Shown: positions 17,340 to 25,980, counted from the first letter of the stretch. The stretch: 64,000 bases of DNA from Clostridiales bacterium (GCA_016303065.1 JAEDMJ010000003.1:9552-73551); one strand, 5' to 3'. Notes: generated by a model from the sequence alone, not told the origin. A program made the numbers and translations.

Positions 17340-18043
17340 ATTTTTTCCCCCTGTTCGGATTCAAAAAAAGGACTGAGACGGCTCATACGGTACTTTGAAA
17401 AAGCCGTTCGCCGCAGGTTTGCCGGTATCACCGCGTTTGATATCCACGCCGGCAGAAGAGCCGTATATTTCACTTCCAGCAGCCCCGTTCCCACGGGAAA
17501 CACCGGGACGGCATTTTTCAGAGAAACGTCAAAAAACTGTTCCGCGCCGCGCAGAGTCCGAAGCGACCGGTCAAGCGTAATCCGCACATGTCCCGGTTCT
17601 CCGGTGTACGCCTCGCGGGTGTACTCGCAAAGAGCCGCGGGCCGAAACCCCTCCGCCCGGCACAAAAAAGCAAGCTCCCTGACCGCCGGCGGATAATCCC
17701 TGTTTCCCGGCTCCGCCCGGCAGGATATGAGCGCGTCGGCAGTCTCCCGCGAAACCGGCACGGATGTCTTTTCCGAAGTATCTCCCCGGCGGAACTTCAC
17801 TTCAAGCCGGAGAAAGTCCGGATTCCCGTCGTAAAGCCGAAGACGGTATTTTTTCCGGAAATCCGTGCCGTCCTCGTTCTGTTCAAGGCACTTGTCATCC
17901 GCACTGTCAAAGTAGAGGCTTCTCACCGCATATCTTCCGTTTTGTCCGTGGACGTCCCGGCGCAAAAGCCCGCCCGCTCCGGCAGAGACGATCCTCAGTT
18001 CGCCCTCGGAGCATATGTATTTTTCTTCAAAACGAATCGCCAT
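17324..18043 (-). CDS. VTC-domain protein (polyphosphate-polymerase-like triphosphate tunnel fold)
   Basis: N-terminal MAIRFEEKY (RxExKY beta-1 signature), SLYFDS.., FRKKYRLRLY, LRLEVKFRRG, LLEVKY strand pattern. No TM segments. A 2-nt gap separates it from the cotH stop. Confidence 0.75.
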   Translation of the reverse strand: MAIRFEEKYICSEGELRIVSAGAGGLLRRDVHGQNGRYAVRSLYFDSADDKCLEQNEDGTDFRKKYRLRLYDGNPDFLRLEVKFRRGDTSEKTSVPVSRETADALISCRAEPGNRDYPPAVRELAFLCRAEGFRPAALCEYTREAYTGEPGHVRITLDRSLRTLRGAEQFFDVSLKNAVPVFPVGTGLLEVKYTALLPAWISNAVIPANLRRTAFSKYRMSRLSPFFESEQGEKICLTR

Positions 18044-18045
18044 AA

Positions 18046-19569
18046 TCAGTCTGCCGAAAACTCCGAATCCATGTATTCAAGCCTTGCTTCGATATACCGG
18101 CAAAGCTCGTCCATTCCCGCTCCGTAATCGCTTTCCGGCCAGCGCGCCCTGTCCCGCTCCGCCGCGCCGGAACGGACAAGTTCCGATCTCAGCGCCTGCG
18201 CCGCGCCGCAGATTTTTTCCGCGTCCAGAATTTTTTCAAGCTCCAGATATCTTCTGCAAAGCTGCTCTTCCGCTTTTTCCGGAAAAACCGACGCGTATGC
18301 CTCAAAAACCGGACAGGCGGTCGGCAGTGCGGCGCTTTCCCCGGAGTACACGGTATTGTTGCAGAACTTGAGTTCCGAAAAGCCGCACCCGAAGCTGAAC
18401 TTGAAATCCGTCGGGATAACCGTGTAAGAAAGCTCTCCGTAATTGTCGTGAGCGGTAAGATAAAAACTCTGAAATCCGTACCGGGCAGACGACACAAGCG
18501 ACGTAAAAATATAGTAGTCGCAGATGTTCGACGGCCGCTGGACCCGGGGCAGAGCTTCCGTTCCCGTTCCGCCAAACACCATTCCCGTCCAGAGCGCGCA
18601 GCTGTCCCAGAGCCCGGATTCAAAAAACGCGTGGGTAGAACGCAGCTCAACGTCCCGGCAGAAAAAGCTTTCGGTCAGCAGAAAATCTTCGGCTTCCGGA
18701 ACGTCCGGCCCGTCAAAGAGGTACACCGTGTCGTCGGCGTCCCCTCCGGAAAGCTTCGCATCCACTCTCTGTGCCAGAAGGTAAAGCCCGGCATAGTTTC
18801 CGTCGATGAAAACCTCCACATATTCCGCGTTCGCTCCGCTCTCGAGAGCGTACGGGTTTGTCGCCGCGATCCCGTTCCAGAGGTCCATCGCAAGTTTTTC
18901 GCGCACCTTGGTTCTGTCGCCGTACATCGGCATCAGTATCCAGTCGTCGTCGGCACGCATTCCGAGAAGCTGCGCCCGGTAATAAGCGCCGTTCTCATCA
19001 AAAAGTGTCAGCTTCCAGGAGCTTTTGGGCCAGAGCTCCGATTCGTACCCCCGGACATGGAATTCACAGGCGGAAACAACCGTCCGCGCACCCTTTTCTC
19101 CGCTTCCGTCGGGACAGAAAAGCCGCATTTCACCCGAGCTTTCGAGGCAAAGCGCCGGAAGCCCCGTGAACATCACGTTCACAGCGTCCGTAACCGTTCC
19201 GTCCGACACGCACAGCCTGAACACATGGCAGTATTCCAGGGCGCTGGGCCGGTATTCAAAAAACTCGTCGGGAACAAAAGACAGTTCATACCCCTCCGCA
19301 GTCGAAAGAGCACCGCTCCATCCCGCCCGATCGAGTGTCTGAGGGATGTAATAGGTGTCGGTATAACTGTCGTACGGGGCGGCGGCGCCGTTTAAGAGAA
19401 GCGAAAAAGCAAGCTCCCCTTCGGCGTTCCCATCCGCATCATCCCGTATCTCAACTCCGAGAACGCTGTTTTTTTCAAGCCGGATCAAAGAGGCCCCGAC
19501 AAGCCCCACTGCCGCAAGCAAAACCGCAAGAGCGGCGGCAAAGAGCAGTTTTTCGCGTTTTGACCTCAT
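18046..19569 (-). CDS. CotH kinase-fold family protein with N-terminal signal-anchor
   Basis: MRSKREKLLFAAALAVLLAAVGLVGA hydrophobic N-terminus. CotH-like core (..GDRTKVREKLAMDLWN.., ..VEVFIDGNYAGLYLL.., ..IPTDFKFSFG..). ATGA overlap with nif3. Confidence 0.7.
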   Translation of the reverse strand: MRSKREKLLFAAALAVLLAAVGLVGASLIRLEKNSVLGVEIRDDADGNAEGELAFSLLLNGAAAPYDSYTDTYYIPQTLDRAGWSGALSTAEGYELSFVPDEFFEYRPSALEYCHVFRLCVSDGTVTDAVNVMFTGLPALCLESSGEMRLFCPDGSGEKGARTVVSACEFHVRGYESELWPKSSWKLTLFDENGAYYRAQLLGMRADDDWILMPMYGDRTKVREKLAMDLWNGIAATNPYALESGANAEYVEVFIDGNYAGLYLLAQRVDAKLSGGDADDTVYLFDGPDVPEAEDFLLTESFFCRDVELRSTHAFFESGLWDSCALWTGMVFGGTGTEALPRVQRPSNICDYYIFTSLVSSARYGFQSFYLTAHDNYGELSYTVIPTDFKFSFGCGFSELKFCNNTVYSGESAALPTACPVFEAYASVFPEKAEEQLCRRYLELEKILDAEKICGAAQALRSELVRSGAAERDRARWPESDYGAGMDELCRYIEARLEYMDSEFSAD

Positions 19570-20339
19570 TTTTCTCCTATGTACTTAAAAAACGGACGGC
19601 AGGATTGGGCAATTTCAAACCGGCAGTCCCTAAACCGTTCCGAAAGCCGCTCTTTCACAACGGGAAGGACAAGTCGCTCCGTCTCGTAATGGCCGGCGTC
19701 GATAAGGGTAAAGCCCGCCCGGAACGCGTCGACCGCCTGGGAATACTTTATATCCCCCGTAATCAGCGCGTCCGCTCCGGCCGCCATGGCCGCCTCCACG
19801 AACGATGCGCCGCCTCCGCAGCAGACCGCGGCGGTCCCGACGGCTCTTCCCCCGTCGATAAGCCGCACAAAGGGCAGCCCGGCCGCAGTTCTGACTCTCC
19901 CGGCCAGGGCCGCGGGAGCGGATATCTCCTCAGGACAGGCGCAAAGAGCGCAGCAGCCGTCCGTGTCCGGCACAACTCCGACCTTTTTCAGTCCGATGGC
20001 ACGAATAAACGTGTCGTTGACCCCTCCCGGCGCGGCGTCAAGGTTCGTATGGCACGCGATCACGGCGACGCCCCGCTTTGCGGCCTGCCAGGGAAGGGCG
20101 TCCGAAGTGAAGCTTTTCACAGCGCGGAAAATCAGCGGATGATGAGTCAGAACGGCTCCTGCCCCCGCTTCCGCGGCTTCATCCAGTATCTCCTCCGTGA
20201 GATCCAGCGCAAGCATCACCTTTTTCGTCTCTGCCTCCGGGTCTCCGACGAGAAGCCCGCAGTTGTCAAACTCCTTTGCGCTTGAGAAAGGCGCCCAACT
20301 GTCGAGATATTCCAAAAGCTCAGATATTTTCAAACTCAT
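19566..20339 (-). CDS. Nif3-like dinuclear metal center protein (GTP cyclohydrolase 1 type 2 homolog)
   Basis: LLEYLDSWAPFSSAKEFDNCGLLVGD.. and ..VLTHHPLIF.., ..ACHTNLD.., ..IDAGHYETE motifs. Confidence 0.85.
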   Translation of the reverse strand: MSLKISELLEYLDSWAPFSSAKEFDNCGLLVGDPEAETKKVMLALDLTEEILDEAAEAGAGAVLTHHPLIFRAVKSFTSDALPWQAAKRGVAVIACHTNLDAAPGGVNDTFIRAIGLKKVGVVPDTDGCCALCACPEEISAPAALAGRVRTAAGLPFVRLIDGGRAVGTAAVCCGGGASFVEAAMAAGADALITGDIKYSQAVDAFRAGFTLIDAGHYETERLVLPVVKERLSERFRDCRFEIAQSCRPFFKYIGEK

Positions 20340-21626
20340 TCACCTCTGTTCTTCGGGAATATATTCAAAAAAATCATACATATCGTACCAGCTTCCGGTG
20401 TAAACCCCGTCCGGAAATTTCAAGCCGTCCAGAATCCGGGTGCATCCGGAGGTGTTGGCCGCCGCGGTATAGACCGACGCAACGACCGCAGTATATGTCC
20501 CCACGGCGTTTCCGTCCGCATCTGTTTCGGCAAGAAGCCTTTCGCCCCAGCCGACAAAAAACAGCGCCGAATCGTTTGCGGAAAAAAGCGGCGCGGCGTA
20601 TTCCGTTCCGGCGCTGCTCTCCACAACGCAGATGGTGTTGTCATTGGCGTAAACATAGACGCCCCTGTCTCCGGCTCCGTTTCCCGCCGCGGTATATGCG
20701 ACAACGCTTCCGTCGGAGGAAACGGCCGTCCCGCTGACTCCGGAAAATCCCGACGGGATGTACGAGAATCTGAGCTTTGTCAGATCCACGACGCATATCG
20801 TCTCGAGCTCATCCTCCTCGTATCTGTAAGTCAGAAAAGCGGCGTGCGAGCCGTCCGAAGAGACGGAATAGTCGCTTTCGGCTTTATATGCCACATTTTT
20901 CCCGCCGAGGAGGGACGAAGCCCCCTCGATCACGGGAAGACTGAAAAGCTGGGGTCTTTTCTCTCCCGCAGCTCCGCAGGCAAGCAGAAGAGCCCCGCCG
21001 TCCGAAGACCAGCACAGCGGCTCCACAAGCCAGTCGCTTCTTCCGCATATGCTCTCCGAAGAAAATTTTTCCGGCTCCGGAAGCCCCCTGTTTTTGACAT
21101 AGAGCCCTTCCGGCCGGTCTACGCCCACATCCACATAGCGCACTCCGGCGGCAAGTCTTACCTTGTCCGGAGAAATAAGCGCCGAGTCCACAAAACAGCC
21201 GTCCGCCGCCGTAAAAAGCGTTTCAGTCACGCCGGTTTCCGGGTCGTAGGCGCGGACGCCGCCGGAATACGAGCACGAGATCATCCTTCCGGACGAAAAA
21301 CACACAAACTTCGCATCCGGAGACGCCAGCGCGGCCGTTCCCCCGGACACGGGGACGACGAAGATGTCGCTGCTCCTGTTGAAATATACGTATTTCCCGT
21401 CGGGAGATATCTTCGGCGAAAAGATATGCTCTCCCGCGGCGATCAGCGCGCTCTCTTTGCTCTCCATATAATACATATACAGCCCGTCTTCTCCCACATA
21501 GGCCAGCATATCCTCCGGAGAGTCCCCGGAGCGCTCAAAAAAGCACCCGGAAAGCAGCGCCGAAACGCACAGCGCAGCGCATATTGCAAACAGGTATTTT
21601 CTTATTCCAAGGTTCTTCACTCCCAA
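20340..21626 (-). CDS. Lipoprotein with PD40/TolB-like beta-propeller repeats
   Basis: Signal peptide with lipobox LLSGC. Recurrent SPDG/SSDG blade motifs (ISPDGKYVYF, LISPDKVRLA, WSSDGGALLL, VSSDGSHAAF, VSSDGSVVAY). TTG start with GGAGG 7 nt upstream, inside the end of the preceding gene. Confidence 0.55.
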   Translation of the reverse strand: MGVKNLGIRKYLFAICAALCVSALLSGCFFERSGDSPEDMLAYVGEDGLYMYYMESKESALIAAGEHIFSPKISPDGKYVYFNRSSDIFVVPVSGGTAALASPDAKFVCFSSGRMISCSYSGGVRAYDPETGVTETLFTAADGCFVDSALISPDKVRLAAGVRYVDVGVDRPEGLYVKNRGLPEPEKFSSESICGRSDWLVEPLCWSSDGGALLLACGAAGEKRPQLFSLPVIEGASSLLGGKNVAYKAESDYSVSSDGSHAAFLTYRYEEDELETICVVDLTKLRFSYIPSGFSGVSGTAVSSDGSVVAYTAAGNGAGDRGVYVYANDNTICVVESSAGTEYAAPLFSANDSALFFVGWGERLLAETDADGNAVGTYTAVVASVYTAAANTSGCTRILDGLKFPDGVYTGSWYDMYDFFEYIPEEQR

Positions 21627-23377
21627 ATGAACGCCTCCAGGGTCTGCGGTTCAAGCGGCACGCGGAACACGGTCTCAGTCATGTCCTCACTCAGCTCCGG
21701 GGTTTCCTCTGCCGCGGCACCGGCGTTACGGCCGCGGACAACGGTATAGGGGGCATGGACCGCGCCGGTGACAAGGCTTCTGAGCTTTTCCGGGGTTCCC
21801 TTAACGTGAATGAGCGCCGCAGAGCCGTGTTCAAGGAAGGATTTCACCGCAAAGGTGTTGTTGTCCTTCGGGAAAACTGCAATACGGTTCTGGCCTTCAA
21901 TCCAGACGGGCATATTCCTCGAAAGATATTTGCGGACGTATCCCATGACGGGAGCCGGAATATCGTACCAGTCAGACATGCTGTCCGGCACGTTCAGTAT
22001 CCAGAGCTTTCCCTTTCCGTACCAGCTTCTGGAAAGCAGTATATTGGGCGAACAGTCATTGGTCTGAACCGCAAAGAACTCGTTTTCGTTGGTCATCCAT
22101 TCAATGACCGGAAGGGAAATGTCGTGGCTGGCGCGGTAATAGGCGCAGTCCGTTCCCCAGCCCGAGTCAAACCCGCCGAATTCGTTCCCGCTCTGTCTGG
22201 CGGAGGTGACGCGCATGGCGGTGAACTCCGCCGCTCCGGCGTCCTGAAGCCTTTCAAGGCAGCCCGAGGTCATGACCACGTGTCCGCCCTTCAAAAGGTG
22301 GTCTCCGATTTTTCTTATGATGTCCGGGTCGCAGGCCGAAGCCGCCGTCAGCATCACAAGGCAGGGCTGCGAGGGAAACTCGACGGTGGGGTCCGCCGGA
22401 ACGCCGCACATACCGAGGAAGTCGTAAACATGGTCCTCCCCCCTGGAATGATACGGCAAATAGACCGGAATGCCGACGGGCTTTCCGAGCTTTCCGAGGA
22501 AGCGGTCGGTTCTGTCGCAGAAATAGCCCAGCACCGGAGTGTACATCGTGTCGTAGTTAAGCTCCCAGCAGAAAAGCGTCATCTCTTCCGGAGAAGCCAT
22601 AAGAGTGAGCTCGGCCTGCTCGCTGAAAACATTCATGTCGTTTCCGCACTGGATGGAATCGAACCAGCCCCCCCGGTTGTTGTGGGGCGGAAGGCTCTGG
22701 AGATAGCGTATCAGCGAATAGGAGGTGTAGCGCGGATTGCGGAACAGCGAATAGCGCGTGTGGCGCGTCTCGGTTCCCGAATAGATATTGTCGAACATGG
22801 CCGGCTGGGTCTCCGTGTTATAGCCCAGAACCTGGAAGCTTTCGTGCCATGTGGGATACTTCAAAGTTATCTTCACACTGGGGTTCACGGCCTTCGCCGG
22901 GGCGACGATACAGTCCCGGCAGAAATCCGTCATAAGCGAAAGGCGGAACTCCTGCCAGGTGCGGTCTCCCTTTGCCTTCCGGCATCGCTCACAGGTGCAG
23001 TCCGTGGAGAGGGAGTCGTCGATCATGATCTCGTCGAAATACTGAGCCATCGAAGCGATGTATTCCGAAAAAAGCTTTCTGACGTCCGGGTTTGTAAAAC
23101 ACAGCATCCTCGCCGAACAGTCGAAATGAGGGGAATACGACGGCATGATGGCCGTTGCGGTGCGCACGCCGCGGGACTCGAAAAACTCCTTTGCCTTCAA
23201 AAGCCGGTCAAGTGGCGCCGCTTCCCCGCGGAAGCATTCAAGGTACACTTTTTCAAACCTGGTATATTTTGAATAATAGGCAAACTGCGCCTCGGGGTCT
23301 CCGTTATCTCCGAACATTTTGTTAACACAGCCAACTGTCATGAAGACGGAAAAACAAAAGTTATCATAACCCTTCAT
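21617..23377 (-). CDS. Hypothetical cytoplasmic Cys-rich protein (586 aa), family not recognised
   Basis: Long ORF with GC3-rich codon usage. ATG at 23377 with GGGAGAG 8 nt upstream. Contains a ..IMIDDSLSTDCTCERCRKAKG.. cluster. No signal peptide. Confidence 0.6.
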   Translation of the reverse strand: MKGYDNFCFSVFMTVGCVNKMFGDNGDPEAQFAYYSKYTRFEKVYLECFRGEAAPLDRLLKAKEFFESRGVRTATAIMPSYSPHFDCSARMLCFTNPDVRKLFSEYIASMAQYFDEIMIDDSLSTDCTCERCRKAKGDRTWQEFRLSLMTDFCRDCIVAPAKAVNPSVKITLKYPTWHESFQVLGYNTETQPAMFDNIYSGTETRHTRYSLFRNPRYTSYSLIRYLQSLPPHNNRGGWFDSIQCGNDMNVFSEQAELTLMASPEEMTLFCWELNYDTMYTPVLGYFCDRTDRFLGKLGKPVGIPVYLPYHSRGEDHVYDFLGMCGVPADPTVEFPSQPCLVMLTAASACDPDIIRKIGDHLLKGGHVVMTSGCLERLQDAGAAEFTAMRVTSARQSGNEFGGFDSGWGTDCAYYRASHDISLPVIEWMTNENEFFAVQTNDCSPNILLSRSWYGKGKLWILNVPDSMSDWYDIPAPVMGYVRKYLSRNMPVWIEGQNRIAVFPKDNNTFAVKSFLEHGSAALIHVKGTPEKLRSLVTGAVHAPYTVVRGRNAGAAAEETPELSEDMTETVFRVPLEPQTLEAFIWE

Positions 23378-23497
23378 AACCAAAACTCTCCCTTACAAGC
23401 TGTTGTCATTCAAATCCTTTACGTCTGATTTTAGCACAGCGAGCCCCTGCTGTCAAGGAATATGTTGTATTCTTCGGGCTTCACTCACAAATTGGAC

Positions 23498-23526
23498 TTG
23501 ACAAAATGAGGTTTTTGTTGTTAAAT
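23498..23526 (+). promoter_or_regulatory. Sigma-A type promoter for the carboxypeptidase gene
   Basis: TTGACA (23498-23503), 17-nt spacer, TTAAAT (23521-23526). An alternative TGGTATATAAT lies just downstream. Confidence 0.5.
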
Positions 23527-23585
23527 ATATGGTATATAATAGCTGTATTGCACAGTTGAAAATCCAAAACGGAGGTGTTCATATA

Positions 23586-25079
23586 ATGACGGGTAAATCA
23601 ATACTCGGAAAACGACTTCTCTGCACGGTGCTTGCCCTTTTCACGCTTCTCGCCGCAGCGCTCCCGGCCTTTGCCGAACCGACGGCCATGTCCGAATACG
23701 CGGTGCTCATTGACTCGACGACGGGCCAGGTTCTTTACAGCAAGGGCATGGACGAATCGATCTCTCCTTCCGGGCTTGTAAAGCTTATGACCGCCCTTGT
23801 CGCGGTTGAAAGCGGCACACCTCTGAGCACCAAGCTCACGGTCACGTCCGACGCGCTGGCTCCCCTCGGAACCGGATACCGCAGCATGGACCTTGTCGCC
23901 GGAGAGCAGATCACCCTTGAGGACTGCCTCTGCGGCATGATACTCAACTCCGCAAACGACGCTTCCAACGTCATCGCCGAGAAGCTCGGCGGAGACATCG
24001 ACACATTTGTCAAAAAGATGAACAGCAAGACCGAAGAGCTCGGACTCAAAAACACTTCCTTCGTCAACCCGAGCGGCCTTCCCGAAAACGGCCAGAAATC
24101 CACCGTTTACGACATGGCCATGATTCTTCGCAACGCGCTTTCCAACTCCGATTTCTCCAAAATATTCGGAATGCAGGAGTGCACGATCCTCCCCACGAAC
24201 TACAACAACAACACCAGAAACTACAAGACCCGCTGCCTGATGAACCACAATGCCTCCGAATACGCTTTTGACGGCACCCTCGGCGGCACGATCGGATATT
24301 CGACGGACGACGGCTATATAATCGCCACCGCAGCCGTCCGCGACAACCGCACGCTTATTGCCGTCGTTGCCGAAGCGGACAGCGAAGCAAATCTCTATGC
24401 CGACGCGGCGGCGCTTCTTGAGTACGGGTTCGACGGTTTCACCGAAGTTTCCATTGCCGGAAGCGATTTCGCCAGCGGTTCGATTCCCCTTACCGAAAAC
24501 GGCGTCAAAGTCGGCTCCGTCGTCTTCTCCGTCGCAAACGAAACGGTAAACGTTCTCCTCGCCGCCGACCGCAGCTCCGACAATGTCGAAGCCGTCGCCG
24601 AGGCGCTTCCCTCTTCAATCGAAAAAAACTCCCCGATGGAGTACACGGCGAATATCTGTTACAGGCTGTCCGACGGAACCTATGAAGTTCTCCTCAGAGA
24701 CGTCCTTCTGACGGCTGACATCCGGCTCGACGCTACCGGCACCGCTACTGCCGATCCCGCAGCCACCGGCTCCATCGCCACCGACGGCGACGGAAATCCC
24801 ATTACCGACGAGGCCGGAAACGTCGTCACCAACTATACGGGCGAAAGCACCGGCGGTTCCTCCGGCTCCGGAGGAGGCTTCAAGAAGTTCATCCTGACTC
24901 TGCTGAAGGTTCTCCTTATAATTATTGCCTGCGTCGCAGGATTGATACTCATATTCCTCCTGACGCTGGTGATCATCAAGCAGGTCAAGAGAAACCGCAA
25001 GAGAAAGGCCCGCGCCCGTGCCGCCGCCGAACGCGCCGCCAGAGCCCAGCGCCAGAGAAACGACAGAAATTATTACTGA
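23586..25079 (+). CDS. D-alanyl-D-alanine carboxypeptidase (peptidase S11, low-MW PBP)
   Basis: Signal peptide, S11-type region ..SISPSGLVKLMTALV.., ..LNSANDA.. (SxN). ATG at 23586 after GGAGG. C-terminal low-complexity linker, TM helix and poly-basic tail. Confidence 0.8.
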   Translation: MTGKSILGKRLLCTVLALFTLLAAALPAFAEPTAMSEYAVLIDSTTGQVLYSKGMDESISPSGLVKLMTALVAVESGTPLSTKLTVTSDALAPLGTGYRSMDLVAGEQITLEDCLCGMILNSANDASNVIAEKLGGDIDTFVKKMNSKTEELGLKNTSFVNPSGLPENGQKSTVYDMAMILRNALSNSDFSKIFGMQECTILPTNYNNNTRNYKTRCLMNHNASEYAFDGTLGGTIGYSTDDGYIIATAAVRDNRTLIAVVAEADSEANLYADAAALLEYGFDGFTEVSIAGSDFASGSIPLTENGVKVGSVVFSVANETVNVLLAADRSSDNVEAVAEALPSSIEKNSPMEYTANICYRLSDGTYEVLLRDVLLTADIRLDATGTATADPAATGSIATDGDGNPITDEAGNVVTNYTGESTGGSSGSGGGFKKFILTLLKVLLIIIACVAGLILIFLLTLVIIKQVKRNRKRKARARAAAERAARAQRQRNDRNYY

Positions 25080-25128
25080 TCCTTCCCCGCGCTCCAAACT
25101 GCGGCCGGCCAAAAAAAATAACGCGTCT

Positions 25129-25168
25129 TCCCCCGATGCCAAACGTCCGGTATCGGGGGATTTTCATA
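25129..25168 (+). terminator. Rho-independent terminator, a degenerate relative of the 36-nt palindrome
   Basis: tcccccgatgcc ... ggtatcggggga stem (1 mismatch) followed by ttttcat. Confidence 0.55.
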
Positions 25169-25239
25169 TAGATCGGCCTGAAAACTCTGACGCGCGGCGG
25201 ACTTTACCGGCAAAAAGAAAACGCCCTTTCTTCCATGAC

Positions 25240-25275
25240 AATACCCCCAATACCGGGTGTCCGGTATTGGGGGTA
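25240..25275. repeat. Palindromic intergenic element, copy 2
   Basis: Identical 36 nt to 2206..2241. It again lies between convergent genes (the carboxypeptidase gene + and rplT -). Confidence 0.8.
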
Positions 25276-25319
25276 CGTATCAAAAAGAAAACACTTTTTT
25301 GTTAAAAGGTCAATCCGGC

Positions 25320-25673
25320 TCAGAGAGCTGCCTTTGCGGTCTCGACAAGCTTTGCAAAGCCCTGGGGATCGGTGTGGGCAATGTCGGCGAGCATTTTTCT
25401 GTTCAGAACGACGTTGGCCTTCTTGAGACCGTTCATGAAACGGGAATAGTTGATGCCGTTGACCTTGCAGGCAGCGGAAATACGGCTGATCCAGAGCTTG
25501 CGGAAGTCGCGCTTTTTCAGTCTGCGGCTGGTATAAGCGTACTTCAGGGACTTCATGACCTGCTGGTTAGCAACCTTGTAGTGGGTGGATTTGGTTCCCC
25601 AATAGCCTCTTGCGAGACCGATGATCTTCTTTCTTCTCTTGCGGGTCATCAACGCGCCCTTAATTCTTGCCAT
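25320..25673 (-). CDS. rplT: 50S ribosomal protein L20
   Basis: [26 protein letters not shown]..; 117 aa. Confidence 0.95.
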   Translation of the reverse strand: MARIKGALMTRKRRKKIIGLARGYWGTKSTHYKVANQQVMKSLKYAYTSRRLKKRDFRKLWISRISAACKVNGINYSRFMNGLKKANVVLNRKMLADIAHTDPQGFAKLVETAKAAL

Positions 25674-25713
25674 TTTATCTCAATCCTTTCAATCAGTCAG
25701 TATTTGTGCGCGC

Positions 25714-25911
25714 TCAGGCGTAGGGCAGGAGCTGCTTAAGAGTGGGTGCGTTCGCCGCGGCGGCGTAGCCGGTCTTGCGGAGGTTGCGCTTTCTCTTTGT
25801 GGTCTTCTTTGAAAGAATATGATTCCTGAGCATGTGGTTGCGCTTGACCTTACCGGTCTTTGTAAGCGAAAATCTCTTCGCGGTACCCTTATGGGTCTTC
25901 AGCTTTGGCAT
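25714..25911 (-). CDS. rpmI: 50S ribosomal protein L35
   Basis: [27 protein letters not shown] at 25911 with AAAGGAG upstream. The ORF-track start is an extension. Confidence 0.9.
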   Translation of the reverse strand: MPKLKTHKGTAKRFSLTKTGKVKRNHMLRNHILSKKTTKRKRNLRKTGYAAAANAPTLKQLLPYA

Positions 25912-25980
25912 AGTCTTACGACTCCTTTCATATATCAAGCGGAGCAAGGCCCGCGCTTTCTACGTTTTTCGGAAAATGAT

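Noticed and set aside
2206-25275. Possible CRISPR or tandem-repeat array suggested by the repeated 36-mer
   Set aside because: There are only two exact copies, 23 kb apart, each a self-complementary hairpin. There is no regular repeat-spacer periodicity and no cas genes, so I treat them as a dispersed palindromic element.
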